Of a DNA stretch of 64,000 bases, positions 14,253-28,500 are shown piece after piece (position 1 is the stretch's first letter; the number at the start of each line of letters is the position of its first letter). This DNA comes from Hypanus sabinus (taxonomy: Eukaryota). The notes under the pieces were generated by a model. It made no database searches. It was not told the origin of the DNA and worked only from the letters and a program-made list of their open reading frames with translations. The stretch spans positions 19,592,001 through 19,656,000 of the forward strand of contig NC_082722.1 of the NCBI RefSeq assembly GCF_030144855.1, read 5' to 3'. The position numbers were made by a program, and so were the translations under genes.

Positions 14253-14548
14253 CTCCTGCAACTCCTCTGAAAATCATTTGTGTTGAAGAAACATCACCCA
14301 GATCCCGGAAACTCATGTGTAAACCTGCAGCATTTTATCCGCAGAAATTAGACATCTTTTGGCGTAGAAATAATATGGAAATTATAACCAAAATAGAAAC
14401 GTCAATAAATGAGATTTCAGAAGGACTTAATGAGGCTTCCAGTACTTTGGAAGATGCGCAGCTTGCTCAGGGGAAAGTGGTTTACACTGCCTGGTATCTC
14501 AAAAAACGCTCAAATTTCCTACCAGTTTCAGCTATATTAGTGAACAAG
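14253..14548 (+). pseudogene. Disabled C1-set exon paralogous to exon 3
   Basis: APATPLKI...LMCKPAAFYPQKLDIFW...YT/CLVSQKTLKFPTSFSYISEQ|gtaaga, about 50% aa identity to exon 3 by hand alignment. The acceptor AG is mutated to TG (14251-14252), and there is a 1-nt deletion at tacactgcctgg (~14487). Confidence 0.9.
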
Positions 14549-16384
14549 GTAAGACCGGAAGCATTTAAAGCAAACTTCAAGCAAAATGAGAATATGCATG
14601 GAGAGCTGTACAAACTCAGGAAAGAAAATAGAAAATCTGATTTTTTTTCCAAAGAGGAAAAGTTAACGTTTGTACTGTTTTTACATTATTTACAGAATCA
14701 TTGTATTTATTTTCTATCTTAATTAGACTGTACTGAATATTTTTGTCAGATAAATATAGTACAGACGTGCTATTGTATCAGTATTAGAGAGTACGTTTTT
14801 TTTTACACTGGGTATTCTCCAGTGCGAGCAAATAATAAAACATTTGAAACGACTTTGAGCTGCGCTGAAACAAAATACCTCCCGAAAAACACTTTCGAAA
14901 ATATTACCATTGCTTAGCAATTCCTTGAAAAATTGGTCTACTCTTGTGATTTTGCCCTTCGGAGAAACAACAAACGGCTATTTGTGTTTTCTTTCTTTGT
15001 GTAAATAAGGAAGTGAATAAGAACGATAAAGTACAAAGATCCTGTCAACGATGAACGCCATATAACTGCATTTTTCTTGAAAATAAGTATCAAAACAATG
15101 TTTTAAAGTAGAGAAATCGGCGAGATTTGAGATGTGAAGTAACCTAGGGAAGGAAGTGAATGAATGATTCTCAAAAGGACAGCTATCTCAGCCAGCATAT
15201 CCAGCAGAACAGGTCTGAACTGTCAACTATTGTTTCGAAGCGTGTAGGTTTCTATCATTATCAGGCAGAGAATTTATTTCATTGCCGGTGTTCTCTGTAC
15301 CGACTCCCCACCATCCTTAGTAACGTACCTTATCCACCAATCACGCTGACCTGATGAGCAACAATAATGTATCATAATAACAGGATGCTCACCCTGTTGT
15401 GCCACACAAACATCGACCTGAACAGGAATTAATGCGTCAATTTACGGACTATTGGCCTAATAAATACTTGGCATATTTCAGTTTTATTTTGCTCTAATTC
15501 TACAGCTATTAATCGCTGAGGAGCTCGGTGCAAAACACAGCATTCTTCAAGATTACACATCTAGATACGTGATTCATATACAAATCTACTTTCCAACGTG
15601 GACGTTTTTCAGTCCAATGTTATGATTAAGCAAAACCTGATTTCCTTTCGTGTCTCCATGTGCGTATCTTTGTTTCAATGTGGGCTGGGACAGGTACATA
15701 GATTGCGATGCATTTCTCCTGCTTTTTTGCTGCCCTGATTTCTGTTACTACCATGTGATAGTGCAGTTGTACTATACAGCTAAGTTTGAGCAACAAGCCA
15801 TGAATGTATAAAAAACAGAAGAGTATTGATTTTTTTTTCATCATACGACATTTACTGATGAAGAGTCGAACAGAGTTGTTATCGCGAGAACATGTTGAGA
15901 TTTTTTTTCAGATGTTCAAATCTATTCTTCCCTCTGTTGAACGTTGACATAAATGAGGAAGAATAACTGTTCAGTTGGCGTTTATTTTAACCCTGCAAAC
16001 AAAGTTTCCCTCGCTAGAATTGATGAATCTTTGTTTTCATCCTGTGACGACGGTGGACGGAATATCTTGTGGGGTGGGACGGTAGTTCAGGCAAAGTAGG
16101 TTTCTTTCCTGGAGTAATCAGGGACTGTTCAATAGAGTTTGTGACTGGGCAGTAGAGAGAGGCGGAATGGCTTATTCCCTATTTTCTTCCTAAGCTACTT
16201 AGTTTTATTTTTTTGTTCCGGTGATAATTGCTTCCAACAAATCGAAGACGAATTTGCTCTCTTATTTTCCTAATGTTATATCGATTAACAATCTTTCTCT
16301 GGATGCAAAAATAAAAAAGAAGCAATGCATAGGTCTGCACTCATTGATAGTATATTGCTCTAAACTGCAGTTGGATTCTCAGCT

Positions 16385-16516
16385 TCACAGTTTCTTTGAT
16401 GTATTTACATCAGCGTACAATGTATGTTTGTTTTGATGTGTCGATGCTGAGGTGTTCCTGGAATCGGAAAGCTCCAGAGAAGCGTAGGTCAGTTTGTCAG
16501 CTCTATTTCTTTTTGT
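16385..16516 (-). CDS. Exon 8, terminal TKRNRADKLTYASLELSDSRNTSASTHQNKHTLYADVNTSKKL* (ITIM LTYASL, ITSM-like TLYADV)
   Basis: Acceptor atattttcacag in phase 0, TGA at 16387-16385, and AATAAA on the minus strand at about 16204-16209. Confidence 0.85.
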   Translation of the reverse strand, partial: TKRNRADKLTYASLELSDSRNTSASTHQNKHTLYADVNTSKKL

Positions 16517-19500
16517 CTGTGAAAATATTTCATAATCAGCGGTTAATCGAGAATTCATTGAGTTGAACAAGTTGAATCAAAAATTGCAAAAATAAATTAG
16601 TGATGTACTCATAAGATATCAACTTCAGTTTTCTGTCGTTTTACACAAAGTTTATGTCAACATTGTATCAAACATTCCCTTTTTTGATTCACATGGTATT
16701 TCCTCTCCAGCAGCCCGTGTTGTCCCACAGAACAATGGGAGTTGCTTTCCTTACTTAAAATGAACTTCAACAAAATCGGTTTGGGAGAGTAGGTAACTCC
16801 TTGAAGCTGCAGGTATAGTGCAAAATGTTTCGTTAACTCAAAATACAAACGCATTTTTGTTTTATATGTGTCTGATAGCCACAAACTGTTTAGCCTATAG
16901 ATCTTACGGGTGTTTCTTCAGTCACACCTGCCAACAGAACTGCAAATGCATACAGACACTCTCATCATTGGATACCGCACAACTGATAGAACGAACGTTA
17001 GCACTTTGTTCATTCATGCCCTATGGTTACTGTTTTGTCACAGTTCGGTATTTACAGGAATACCACCAATGTTCTGTTGGATCAGTCTTTCCAGGTTGTT
17101 ATCAGATATTCCTGTTCAGTATGGAGCAGATAATGGGCGTTCGAAAGGATGGCTATTCCCAGTTTCATGCTTTTTTAGTGTTTCCTCGTTTGCAAATTAC
17201 ATATGAACGTCATGGACCCGTCTGTCTCTCCCCCATCTCGCTCCTATCTCCTTGATTATGCTTTAATTCCAGTCGTTAGATTCCCAATTGCTGCTAGTTC
17301 ACTGAATTACAGTACACCTGGTTTGGATCGGAGACTGCAGGAAAAGGACTCTGGCGTAACAACCACGAGTCTCCAGTTCGTGGGTCTATTTTCGTGTGAT
17401 AACTTCGTTTTCCGATCGCTTAGAACCGTCTGTCATTATTGGGGCGTTGGGAGCGGACCCAATTGCAAGACACAGTCACTGAACTAACAGGAATAGGACT
17501 AGGCGTGAGAAGGAAGCAAGGAAAGTGGGGAAGAAAGGACGCTAGACATGACACAGGCCCTGGATGATACAAGAATGCCGGGCCTGTGCTAGGACTTGAC
17601 TGGGATAGCGGAACCAGGTCATGGAACTGGGAACTAGAACCCTGAGCTTGGACTCCAAGCCAGAGGCTGGACAAGGACACAGAACCTGCTTCCTGACTCG
17701 GGTTGGGACCCCGGAACTAGGCGAGGAAATGACGTGGCTACAGGACGTTACGAGGCAACAGGACTGGACGTGAGACTCCTGGACAGGACAAGGGGAACCC
17801 CAGCACAGAACGAGGGAACCCCAGCACCGGGCTAGGCAAGGTACTCCTAGGCTGGGTGAGGCACATGGACAAGATAAGAACTCAAAGCCGTGGCTTAGAC
17901 AGGACAAGGTTCTTGGACGTGGCTAGGACTGGACGAGACCGCGAAGCCTGACTTGGTCAAGGAAGAGACAGGAACGCAGAACGTTTGTCGAGGGAGAGAT
18001 AGGAATGTGGAACACTGAGCCGGGACACCCCTTGGAAATAGGACGTAGGGCCGGGACTCATTACACAGAACACAGAATACGACGAGACGGTTCACAACAC
18101 AAGGTACCGGCGGACGGTCGGACTTACCTAGTGAAGGCGCGGACACAGATGGTTCTCAACACGAGGTAGCGGCAAACGGCTGGACCTACCTAGCGAAAGC
18201 GTGGACACAGACAGTCCCAACACTAAAAAACAGGAATGCTGAGCCCTGGTCGAGGGAGAGACAGGAACGTGGAACACAGAGCCGGGACTCCCCTTGGAAA
18301 TAGGGTGTAGGGCCGGGACTAATAAACAGAATGCAGAATACGACGAGACGGTTCCCAACTCTATGTAGCGACAAACGGCCGGACCAACCTAGCGAAGGAG
18401 TGGACACAGAGACTGTTCAAAACAACGAAAGACAGGTTCTTAACTTGCTCCGGTGGTTGAACTTGACAGCAGTGACAGCATGGCTCCAGGCGAGGCAAGG
18501 CAAGGGTCCAGGTGAAGCAAGTTTCTAGGCGAGGCAGGGCTCCAGAAGGGAGGGGAAGGGAAGAGTTACAGACAGGGGGTTGAGACAGGAACAATCCAGC
18601 CGCCCGAGGCTGAATCCTGAAGATATTTATGAAGCCAGCCCAAACGAGAATCAGCTGTGTCAACAAAAATTGGGGAAAACCGGAAAATCTGGAATAAGGA
18701 ATTCGGACCAGACAGTGGACCGGAATGCGGATTTCACAGACCAGACCATGACACCGTTGGTTCTAAGTTCAGTCTAGTTTCAAGTTGTTCGATGAAAACC
18801 CCGTCTCCGTGTCAAGACTCTATATCAGAGCTCCGTGTCAAGATTCCTCCTGGTCAACTGTTCCAGGTTAGCGACTGTACCAGCACCTCTTAACCCTATC
18901 TCCGTGCCTGGATCCTGCAGTTGATTTCGTCCCCAGTCACTCCTTGTAAAACTTAAATTAAATTCGAGAAAGCAAGGGAAGAAAGATAATCTCTAGAAAT
19001 TCTGCAGATGCTGGAAATCTTCAGGAATGCGAAGAAAAAATGATGATGTGATTCATTAGGTTAAGGCAGCATGTATGAAGGTAAGTAAACTGTCTACGTT
19101 TCTGGCCGAAACGCTTTATCAAGACAGTAAAAGAAGGAGCCAAATGCCAGAATAAGAAGGTGGGAAGGAATACAAGATGGCAGGTGACAGGAGACACAAT
19201 GTGAGTAAGAAGTGTAATGGGATAGAATGACGTAGAAGCTGTGAGATGATGAGTGGTAAAGGGAAAGGGTGCACGAAGGAATCTGATAGGAGGAGAGAGT
19301 GGACCGTGGAAAGAACGGAAGAAAGAGGGGCCCGTGGAGGTGATGGGCAGATAAGACTAACAGAGGTGAATTGGATCCAAAATTGGTAATAGAGAAAAAA
19401 GAGAAGGGGGAGTCCACCCAGGTGGAAGAAAAATGTGATGACATTTCGGGAGTGTTCAGTCATAAATGGTACAGTGACAAATGCCTGCTCAGGTCTGTAA

Positions 19501-22500
19501 AATTAGAAGCCTTTGGGATAATGTTTATATATATGTTGGAATCGGTTGTTAGGAATAAGATTACGGAGTACCTCGAGGCACATGACAAGATAGGCCAAAG
19601 CCAGCATGGTTTAACGAAAGGAAAGTCCTGCTGCAATGCTTTAAGGAAATTACAGGAAGGGTAGACAAAGGAGATGCGGTTGATGTGGTGTACTTGGATT
19701 TTCAGAACGTCATTAACAAGATGTCCCACATGAAGCTGCTTAGCAAGATAAAAGCCCATGGAATTACATGGCATTTAGAAGCATGGGTGGAGCATTGGCT
19801 AATTGGCAGAGAAAAGAGAGTGGAATAAAGGGATCATATACTGGCTGGCTGCCGGTTACCAGCGGAGTTTAACAGGGGTTGGTGTTGCGACAGCTGTTTT
19901 TTAATGTATTTTTTATGAATTGGATTACGGTATCAATATATAATTGTGGCTAAATTTACCGATAATACAAAGATAGGTGGAGGAGCTGGAAGTGTTGAGG
20001 AAACAGACATCCTGCAGACAGACTCAGACGGATAGGGGAATGGACAAAGAAGTTGCAAATACAATGTTGGAAAGTGTATGGTGATGCACTTTGATGAAAT
20101 AAATAAACGTGCAGCCTATTATTTGGATGGGGAGAGAATTCTAAATGCAGAGATCTAAAAGGACTTGGGATCCCCTGTCCAGGATACCCGATAGGTTCAC
20201 CTCCAGGTTGAGTCGGTGGTGAAGAATGTGAATGCAATCTTAGCATTCATTTGGAGAAGTATAGAATATAGGAGCAGGGAGGTGATGTTGAGGTTCTACG
20301 AGGCACTCGTGAGACCACACTTGGAGTATGGTTTGGAATTTTGGGCACCTTAGTTTTGAAACGATATACTGACATTGGTGAGCATTCAGAGAAGATTCAC
20401 GAGAGTGATTCCAGGAATGAAAGGTTTACCGGATGAGGAAAGTCTGGCTGTATTCCCTGGAGTTCAGGAGAATGAGAGGGGGATCTCAGAGAAACATTTC
20501 TAATGTTAAAAGGCCTGAACAGATTAGATGTGGCAAAGTTATTTCACGTGGCAGGAGAGACTAGGGCACGAGGGCGCGTCTTTAGGATTGAAGGACGTCC
20601 ATTTAGAGAAAGGTGAAGAGAAATTATTTTAGTCAGAGGATGGTAAATATGTGGAATATGTTGCCCTGAGCGGCTGTGAAGGCCATGTTGTTGGGTGCAT
20701 TTAAGACAGAGATAGATATGTTCTTNNNNNNNNNNNNNNNNNNNNNNNNNNNNNNNNNNNNNNNNNNNNNNNNNNNNNNNNNNNNNNNNNNNNNNNNNNN
20801 NNNNNNNNNNNNNNNNNNNNNNNNNNNNNNNNNNNNNNNNNNNNNNNNNNNNNNNNNNNNTAGTGGCCCTCGTAACACTATTACGCAGCAGTGATCCAGG
20901 TTTAATTCCAGTACCCGACTAATTGGTGTATTTCAACGTTTTCGCATGACCATATGATTTTCATTGTGCGCTCGAAATTTCTCCCACATTCCAAAGACGT
21001 ACGGGTATGTCGACTAGTCGACTAATTGGCCACAGGTGTATAATTGGGCAGCACGAACTATTGGGCCAGATGCCTTTGCTACAGTGTAATATATCTGAAG
21101 CTAATTCATATGTTATTCATGTCAATCTTTCTGCTTTACCTGAGAATAGACAATGTGATCTTCTTGTTGTTGATCTTTACGAAATTCTTTGCTCTGCCTC
21201 ATATTTAGTGAAACATAGGCAGTGTTGTGCTCAACCTCAGCTTGTTCAGCCTGTTAGAAAAACATATTTAATACTGATAACTGATACAAAGGTCAGTGAT
21301 TATGAACTTATTTTGACTTGGAATATCTAATAATAGAAAAAGATTTAAAATGCTTGGAATATATTGATATTGTCCCTATGTATTGACCAGAGGGGGGATA
21401 TCAAAACCATCTTAGGCTGGAAGTCACTACGTTTACCTTAGATTTCCAAACAACCAATTAAAACCATCATATCAACCGGATTAGTTTTTCAGGTCTGGCC
21501 TTCCCTTTTTTTTCATCTGTTCTGTCATATTCCTTACGCTCTTCTAACTTTTGTGCGTTTCACTTACGCGCCCCACCAAATTATTATAATTATTGGCATG
21601 ACCAGATTTCCTAGCCGCGGTGCACTTAGAATCTTTGACCTTTCAAAGTCCCATTATCTAAGTTAAGGACATTGGAACAAATGACAGGACCTGATGTTCT
21701 GTTCAAGCCCGGCTTAACTGAGGGGGCAAATACGTGAGGTGCATCTTGCCCGCTATTGAGTTGATTTGTTTTCCTGGTGAATCAATTAAAATGCAATCGA
21801 AATAAATAACGCAGTGGGACATGCCCGTTACAGTAAATCTTTAAAACAGCATTAGTTTTGGCTGAAATAGTGGCATAGAATTCTAGATCAACAACGCAAC
21901 AGTAAAAAGAATATCTGGAACGTTCTAGCTTCAATTTAAGTATTACTCTCAGAAGCGGTCCTTCATTCAGGGAGTGCTCGGAACGCTGATAGAAATTGCA
22001 ATGGAGTTCTACTATAATGAAGACAGTAAAATATGAAAACCTTGTTTTGGTGTTAAAAAAAAGGTGCTGCAGCAGCTATCCTTACGGAAAAGTTTAAAAT
22101 ATGCGCCAAATTTGGACAGGTGATTAATGGAACAGAAAAAAAAAACGTTTCCAATTCTAGACAGATGGTTATAAAACCGATAAAGATTTACTATATGCTA
22201 ACAGGAGAATCCAGGTGGAACACGTTTAATAACATTCAATTGGGGAACTCTGAAGTAAAACAAACAAATAAAACAGACAGTAGATCAGGAAACACGAGAA
22301 CAAAAGAGAAACACAACGTTTACGCTTTCTGGGGAGAGGTCTTCAAACTGAAAGGACAACGTTTTCTCTTTCCCAATATGTCGTTAGAAATTTTGAATTT
22401 TAGGTTAAATCCAAAATGGGAGATGACAATACATTTATACGTTTCAGGCATTGTTTTCAAAACTGAGGAAGATAATTCAGCGTAGCCTCATGGAGTATGG

Positions 22501-25500
22501 AGTTTCGTTAACACGTGGGTATCAGTACACGGTTTATTGGAAGCATATTCGATTCCATTGCAGGATATGCACTGCTACATAGTTGTTGGGAATCGGGGTT
22601 AAAAACTGCATTTGACTTTCCTAAACAAGATTTTATTGCATTTCGTTACATTTTTTAATCGTGTCTTCGGTGTCGTCAAATGAATGTAACATATATTGCG
22701 AAATGCTTCGTGCGTGTACTGTCTTTTCCCCACTGACCAGTACACCGCGATTCTCGTAAACCGACATTTGAAATCTAAAATATCTCAGCCTTAAATTTGT
22801 ATTTAATTATTCGTCACACGAAGTATGATTAACGGCCTAACTTACATTAGTATATATTAACGTTCATCTTAGTGCATCCGGTTATGAAATGGTGTGGAAT
22901 CCTGAAAGACTATGTTAAACAGATTCAACAGGAATATTCAAATATATCTTGGAGACATAGTTCAAAATAAAGAGCTGTCGGAGAGTTTCATTCTTCCCTA
23001 CTGAGTTCCAAATGTTAGAACAAATTTCTAAAAGCTCTGCTATATATATACGCCACTCTGAAAAAAGACAAGCCACTTTACCTACCGTCTCTTCATTCTG
23101 ACATCTGTCCAAAGAACTTGTATTAATCCCTTAAGAGAAAATAAAATAAATAATTTGCATTCTAAAAATCGGACATTATTTGTTAGACAGCAATCCAATT
23201 CATTGAATAAGATGAACTGCTGAATTTATGGATAGTTTTTGAAAGTATTTTGTGGTATCAGTTGTCTTAATACAGCGCATCAACATCACGACACTACGCT
23301 CAAGAGTCTTCGACTTTTAATGAACTGTAAAGTGATAATAGCATATAAGTGGCCGTCCTACATTTAAATGCTGTAGTTAAAATGGAAATTAAAATCAATG
23401 AGACATGCACGAGTTCGTCAATATTCTTCACACAGTCACAGTAAGCCTAGAGCTACGACGTTGTTTACCTTTCAAAATTGGATCTGCCATTGTATTGAAA
23501 AAGACATCTGAAGTATTCCAAAAGGATATAACTACATTTATGAACAAAATATAGCATGTAAATACAGAGAGTGCACTGGTGAAATCATTACATTTTAAGA
23601 TCCAGCTTCTGTTGCGCCTGATGATTATCAATGTAATCAGGTCCGAATATCACAATCTATGTCTAATCCTGTTGTAATAACATTTATTCATTTTGAAGTT
23701 AAATATCTTTAGCGTGTCTATTTTGCACGAAAGCTGGTGATATTTCTCAACGATCAGTGTTCTTACCGTGCGATCTCTTTAATTTGACTTTCAGCAAAAC
23801 TATTATCAGAGCTAAAATTGCGGATCCGCCCACTGCACATGCCAGAATGAATTTAGTTTCAGCGCCTTCTGGGTCGACTAGGAGAAAACAAGCAACTGTG
23901 AAACATTTATACAACTAAATATAAATGCACATACTAGAATCAACAATGTGAAATGTTTCATAGGCTCCTTTCAAATCTCACTGCTCATTATCTGAAAAGA
24001 TATCATCAAACACGAAATGCAAATTTCCACCTTTGTTATATCACGATGAGATATAAAGTTTAAGTTTTGCTTTGTCACAATTTTGGCAAATGTTCAGAAG
24101 TTTGCTACCTTACAATTACTGCACGAATTCAATTTCTTAATTCGTCCTACACTATTTAAACTAACGGAATAACACATTAGTTTTTGAATAGCTTTCACGT
24201 TGAATATTCACTGTCAATTATTAAGCTTCAAACGTAGTCATTCTTCCATGTTTGATGGCTGTTCAGGTAATGTTCTTAAAGTGTACATTGACCCCACCAC
24301 TACGAGTTGTAAGGTCTTCCATCTTACATTGAACGGAAAAGATTCTGAACATGCTGAAATCCAGATTAACTCATAAAATCCTGGAAAAACTCAGTCGATC
24401 AGGCAGATCAAAATTGTCGACGTTTAAGGCCCAGATCCAACATCATGGCTTCATCAAGACAACATCTTACCTTGCTCTAGGATGTAGCTGAAACTTGCAG
24501 GCACCGTGAGGGAGGCATGCGATACCAGGCAGGTGTAAATATCTTTTCCCCAAGTAGACTGCGTGATTTCCAATGAACTAAAAGCTTCGTACAAGCCGTC
24601 CGCGTTCGGTTTTGTCCAAGTTTTTATTCCAATGTGAATTCGTCTGTTATTTCTTTGCCAAACGATTACGATTTTCTCCGGGTAAAAGGCAGCCGTTTTA
24701 CAAAGAAGCATTCGAGGAGATGAAAACCCTCCAACAGGCACAATTTCCAATGGAGTTGGAGGAGCTTGAATAAAAACAAAGTTATATTGGGCATTTTCGA
24801 TCCATTTCAGTGCAGGTAGATTTCTTCATTTCCTCGTCAACTAGCATGATCCTCTAACTATCAAATGAGTTACTCGCCAGTATTAACCAGTATGTAATAA
24901 ATTATTTTAATTTCCCGGTCTGTTTATTTCTGCACAACACCGAGGGAAACATTGCTCTACTGGGGCCAAGTTGCAAAATATGGTACTGTATAGTATATGT
25001 AGTCACACACAGCAAATGTAGTTACCAATCAGTACAGGCAGTCACAAGATAAGTAGAACAAATCTTGGAGACAGAGGAAAGGAACAGTTCAGAGGATACA
25101 CTTCGACGGTGAAGCTAAGTGGTCCGAAGTGAGGAAGACATTCTCTTTTGAATGGTATTTGAGTTTTTTTGCACAGTTGACTTTGGAATCCTGTCTACTT
25201 TTGGGTTTTTCATTTCATATTAAGACTGAGCTACAAAAATCAAAATATCACTTATTTCTATCGTGATGGACTTTAATTTTCTGGCAGCTCAACTGCTTAG
25301 AGAGTGTTTCAGATCATGGGATTGAGCTTCCTAGTCATCCAGTAATAGAGCTTTCCCCGGAATTTGAATCATTCTACAACAGTTCCCTATGTTGAATGTG
25401 CAGATCATCTCCTCCGTGAAAAAATCCGGAACCTAAATGCAAATTGATATTATGCGCATTGATTCTATTGTTCTATTCTTTCTAAAGCCTGAAGTCCAGC

Positions 25501-28500
25501 AGCAAAATGGTCGACAGTGACTTGTCACTGCTATAGGATCGCTTATGGAAATGATGCCTTGCAGAGGTTCAAACAGGAACTGAACAGCTTCAATTTCACC
25601 GTACACAGAGTTCACTAAAACGTGAGCCCAATTTTAAGGTTTTGTAAACATGGACTGCCTCCGCTACAGCTATGGTCTGTGTCTAACAGGAGAGATTGAG
25701 TAGTTAGATTGCTTTATCTGTTTATCACAGCAGATAGGATTTACTCTGCCTACAATAGCTGTCCGGAGCTCACCGTTGCCCGACTCCACTTCCCGTGCCT
25801 ACACCGACTTCAATATTGGCCTTCTCAAATTCTAGGTGAAGGACAATCCCAAGGTGGAAGAAATCGAAGCTTTCTGCATATACATTAAGCGTAAAGGGAT
25901 ATCGACAAATAAAATTGATCTATTTGAAGATCAGCGAGTTCAACAATGAATGGAGCCTAAAGAGATTGTGGGGGCGGGGTGAGATGTAATCTATTTCCAT
26001 CAGTGTTTACTCGGGAGACGTACACAGAGGCTATACAAATAAGCAAAACAGAAGCAATGCGATGGTCCTTATACGGATTACAATCTTGGGGCAAGTTGGG
26101 GTGCAGATATCACCAGAACATGGCAAGATGTCCTATAGGACCTCGTTGGAAGCTAATGCAGAAAGTGAAAGGCCCCCGATGAAACTGTTCAAAGTGTCCT
26201 TACCATTGGATGTTCCGGAGATCTAGAGTATAACTAATGTTTTAAGACCATATGACTATTGGATATAGGAGCCGAATTAGGCCACTTCAGCCATCAAGTT
26301 TGTTCAGGACATTTAATCATAGCTGAAATTTTCCTCTCAGCCCCAATCTCATGCCTCTTCCCCATAGCTCTTCATGCCCTAACCAATCAAGAATATATCA
26401 ACACCTGCTGTAAATATCCAGACTTATAAAGACTTTGTCTCTATAGCTGCTTGTGCCCAAAAAAAAAAGAAAAACTCCACTGGTTCGGCACTCTCTGGCT
26501 ATAGGCATTCCTTCTCATCTCCTTTTTAAAAAGATGCACATCTATTCTAAGGTTGCGTCCTGTGATCTTAGACTCTCCCAACATAGGAAACATCCTCTCC
26601 ACATCCACACAATCACGTGCTTTCACCTTTAAATAAGGTTCAATACAGTCGGCCTTAATTTTTTTTTCTGAATTCTAGTGGAGTCAGGCCCAGAGCTCCT
26701 CATATGATTAGCTATTGAATTCTGAAATCATTGTCATGAACCTCTTTTGAACCCTCTCCAGTTTCAGCACATTACTCCCGAGATAAGTGGCCTCAAACAG
26801 CTGAATATGCCGTGACGCCTCACCAGTGCTTTCTAAGTCCCTATATTCATACTTGCTTTTATATTCTAGTCCTCTTGAAAAGAATGCTGTCATTTTTTTG
26901 CCTTCCTGACAGCAGAGACAACCTGCCAATTAATCTGCATGGAATACTGCACACGGACTCCCAAGTCCCTTTGCACAATGTTTTTGGACTTTCGCTCCAG
27001 TTAGAAAATTGTCGAAACGTTCACACACTGAACCAAAGTGCATGACCACATTCCTCTACACGTTGCATTCTATCTGCCATTTCTTTGCCAATTCTCCTAA
27101 TCTAAGTCCTTCTGTACCCTCTCTATTTCCTAAAAAAATATCCTCATACCGTCTGCAAACTTAGCAACAAAGCCACCAATTCCATAATCCATGTTATTGA
27201 CACATTACTTTAAGCAAATCAGTCACAACACAGACCCCTGTGGAGCATCGTCAGTCACGGGCAGCCAAACAGATATTGCTCCCTTTATTCCCATTCTTTG
27301 TTTTCCACCCACTGCTTTATCCACGCTAGCATCTTTCCTGTAATACTTTGGGCTCGTAGCTGGTTAAACAGCCTTGAGTATGGTACTTTGTCAAAGGCCT
27401 TCTGAAAATCCAAGTACACAACAACCGATTCTACCTTGCTTTAACGATCCTGCTTTTCATTCCTTCAAAAAATTCAATCGGATTTGTCTGGCGAAAGCTT
27501 CCCTTGAGGAAATTGTGCTGACTATATGTTTTATTCTGTGCCTCCAAGTAATCTGAGACCTGATCCTTAAAATCGGAATCCAACATCTTGTCAACCAGTG
27601 AGGTCGGACTGACTGGCGTATAGTTTTCCTTGTCTGCCTCTCTGCCTTCTTGAAGAGTGGGGTGACATTTACAATTTCCTAGTCTTTCAGAACCTTTCCA
27701 TAATCTAGTAATTCTTGAAAGACCTTTACTAATGCCTCCACAATCTTATCAGCAACTTTTACCAGGATCCTGGGAAGCGCATCATCTGGTCTCGGTGTAT
27801 TTGCTACTTTCAGACTTTCCAGTTTCCCAAGAATGTGTTCTCCAGTTATGTCTCTAGTTTTGCCGTTGTTAAAGGTAGACTCTCGGAGTAAGCCGGGATA
27901 TTACAGACTAATGGGTATTACAGATACATGGGTAATTTATTGGGAGATATTCTAAAGAATGGGATATATAAATAATTAGACAACATTCTTTCGTGCAAGG
28001 TAGGCTCCGTCTAATCAACCTTAAAGAGCTTTACGAGCGTCTTACCATGGATCTTCATGAAGAATAGCAGTGGATAATGGTTCACGTGGACCTCAACAAG
28101 AGCTCTGAAAAAGCACTGCATGGGATGGCGGGTTGATCAGGAACCTTCGCTTGGCATTCAGGATGAAGGAGTCAATGGTATCTAACGTTGGCTTCGCGGA
28201 GAAGCCAGAGTATGTAGCAGATAGTTGTTCTTTGAATGAAGGCTTTTGACAAGTGGTGTGCCGCATGGCTATGACAGCTTGCAGCGGGTTATAGACCAGG
28301 TGTAAAAAATGGGCTGAAAATGCCAGATAGGATTAAACGAAGGTAATTGTAAGCTGTTGCACTTTGAGAGGAAAAACCAATCTCGGATTTACACAGTGAA
28401 CGAAACTGGAGTTGAGGAGCGCGGTAAAAAAAAAAAGATCTTGTAATATAGATCGATAAATCTTTGAAAGTGGAGCCAAAGACGGAGAGTATCATAAAGA

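Noticed and set aside
22585-22775. Alternative terminal exon for the receptor containing ICYIHL (ITIM-like)
   Set aside because: Weak polypyrimidine tract. It needs the alternative 23082 donor, and exons 7-8 give a much better model.
22846-22901. AG/GT-bounded segment in the receptor's cytoplasmic region
   Set aside because: Stop codons in all three frames.
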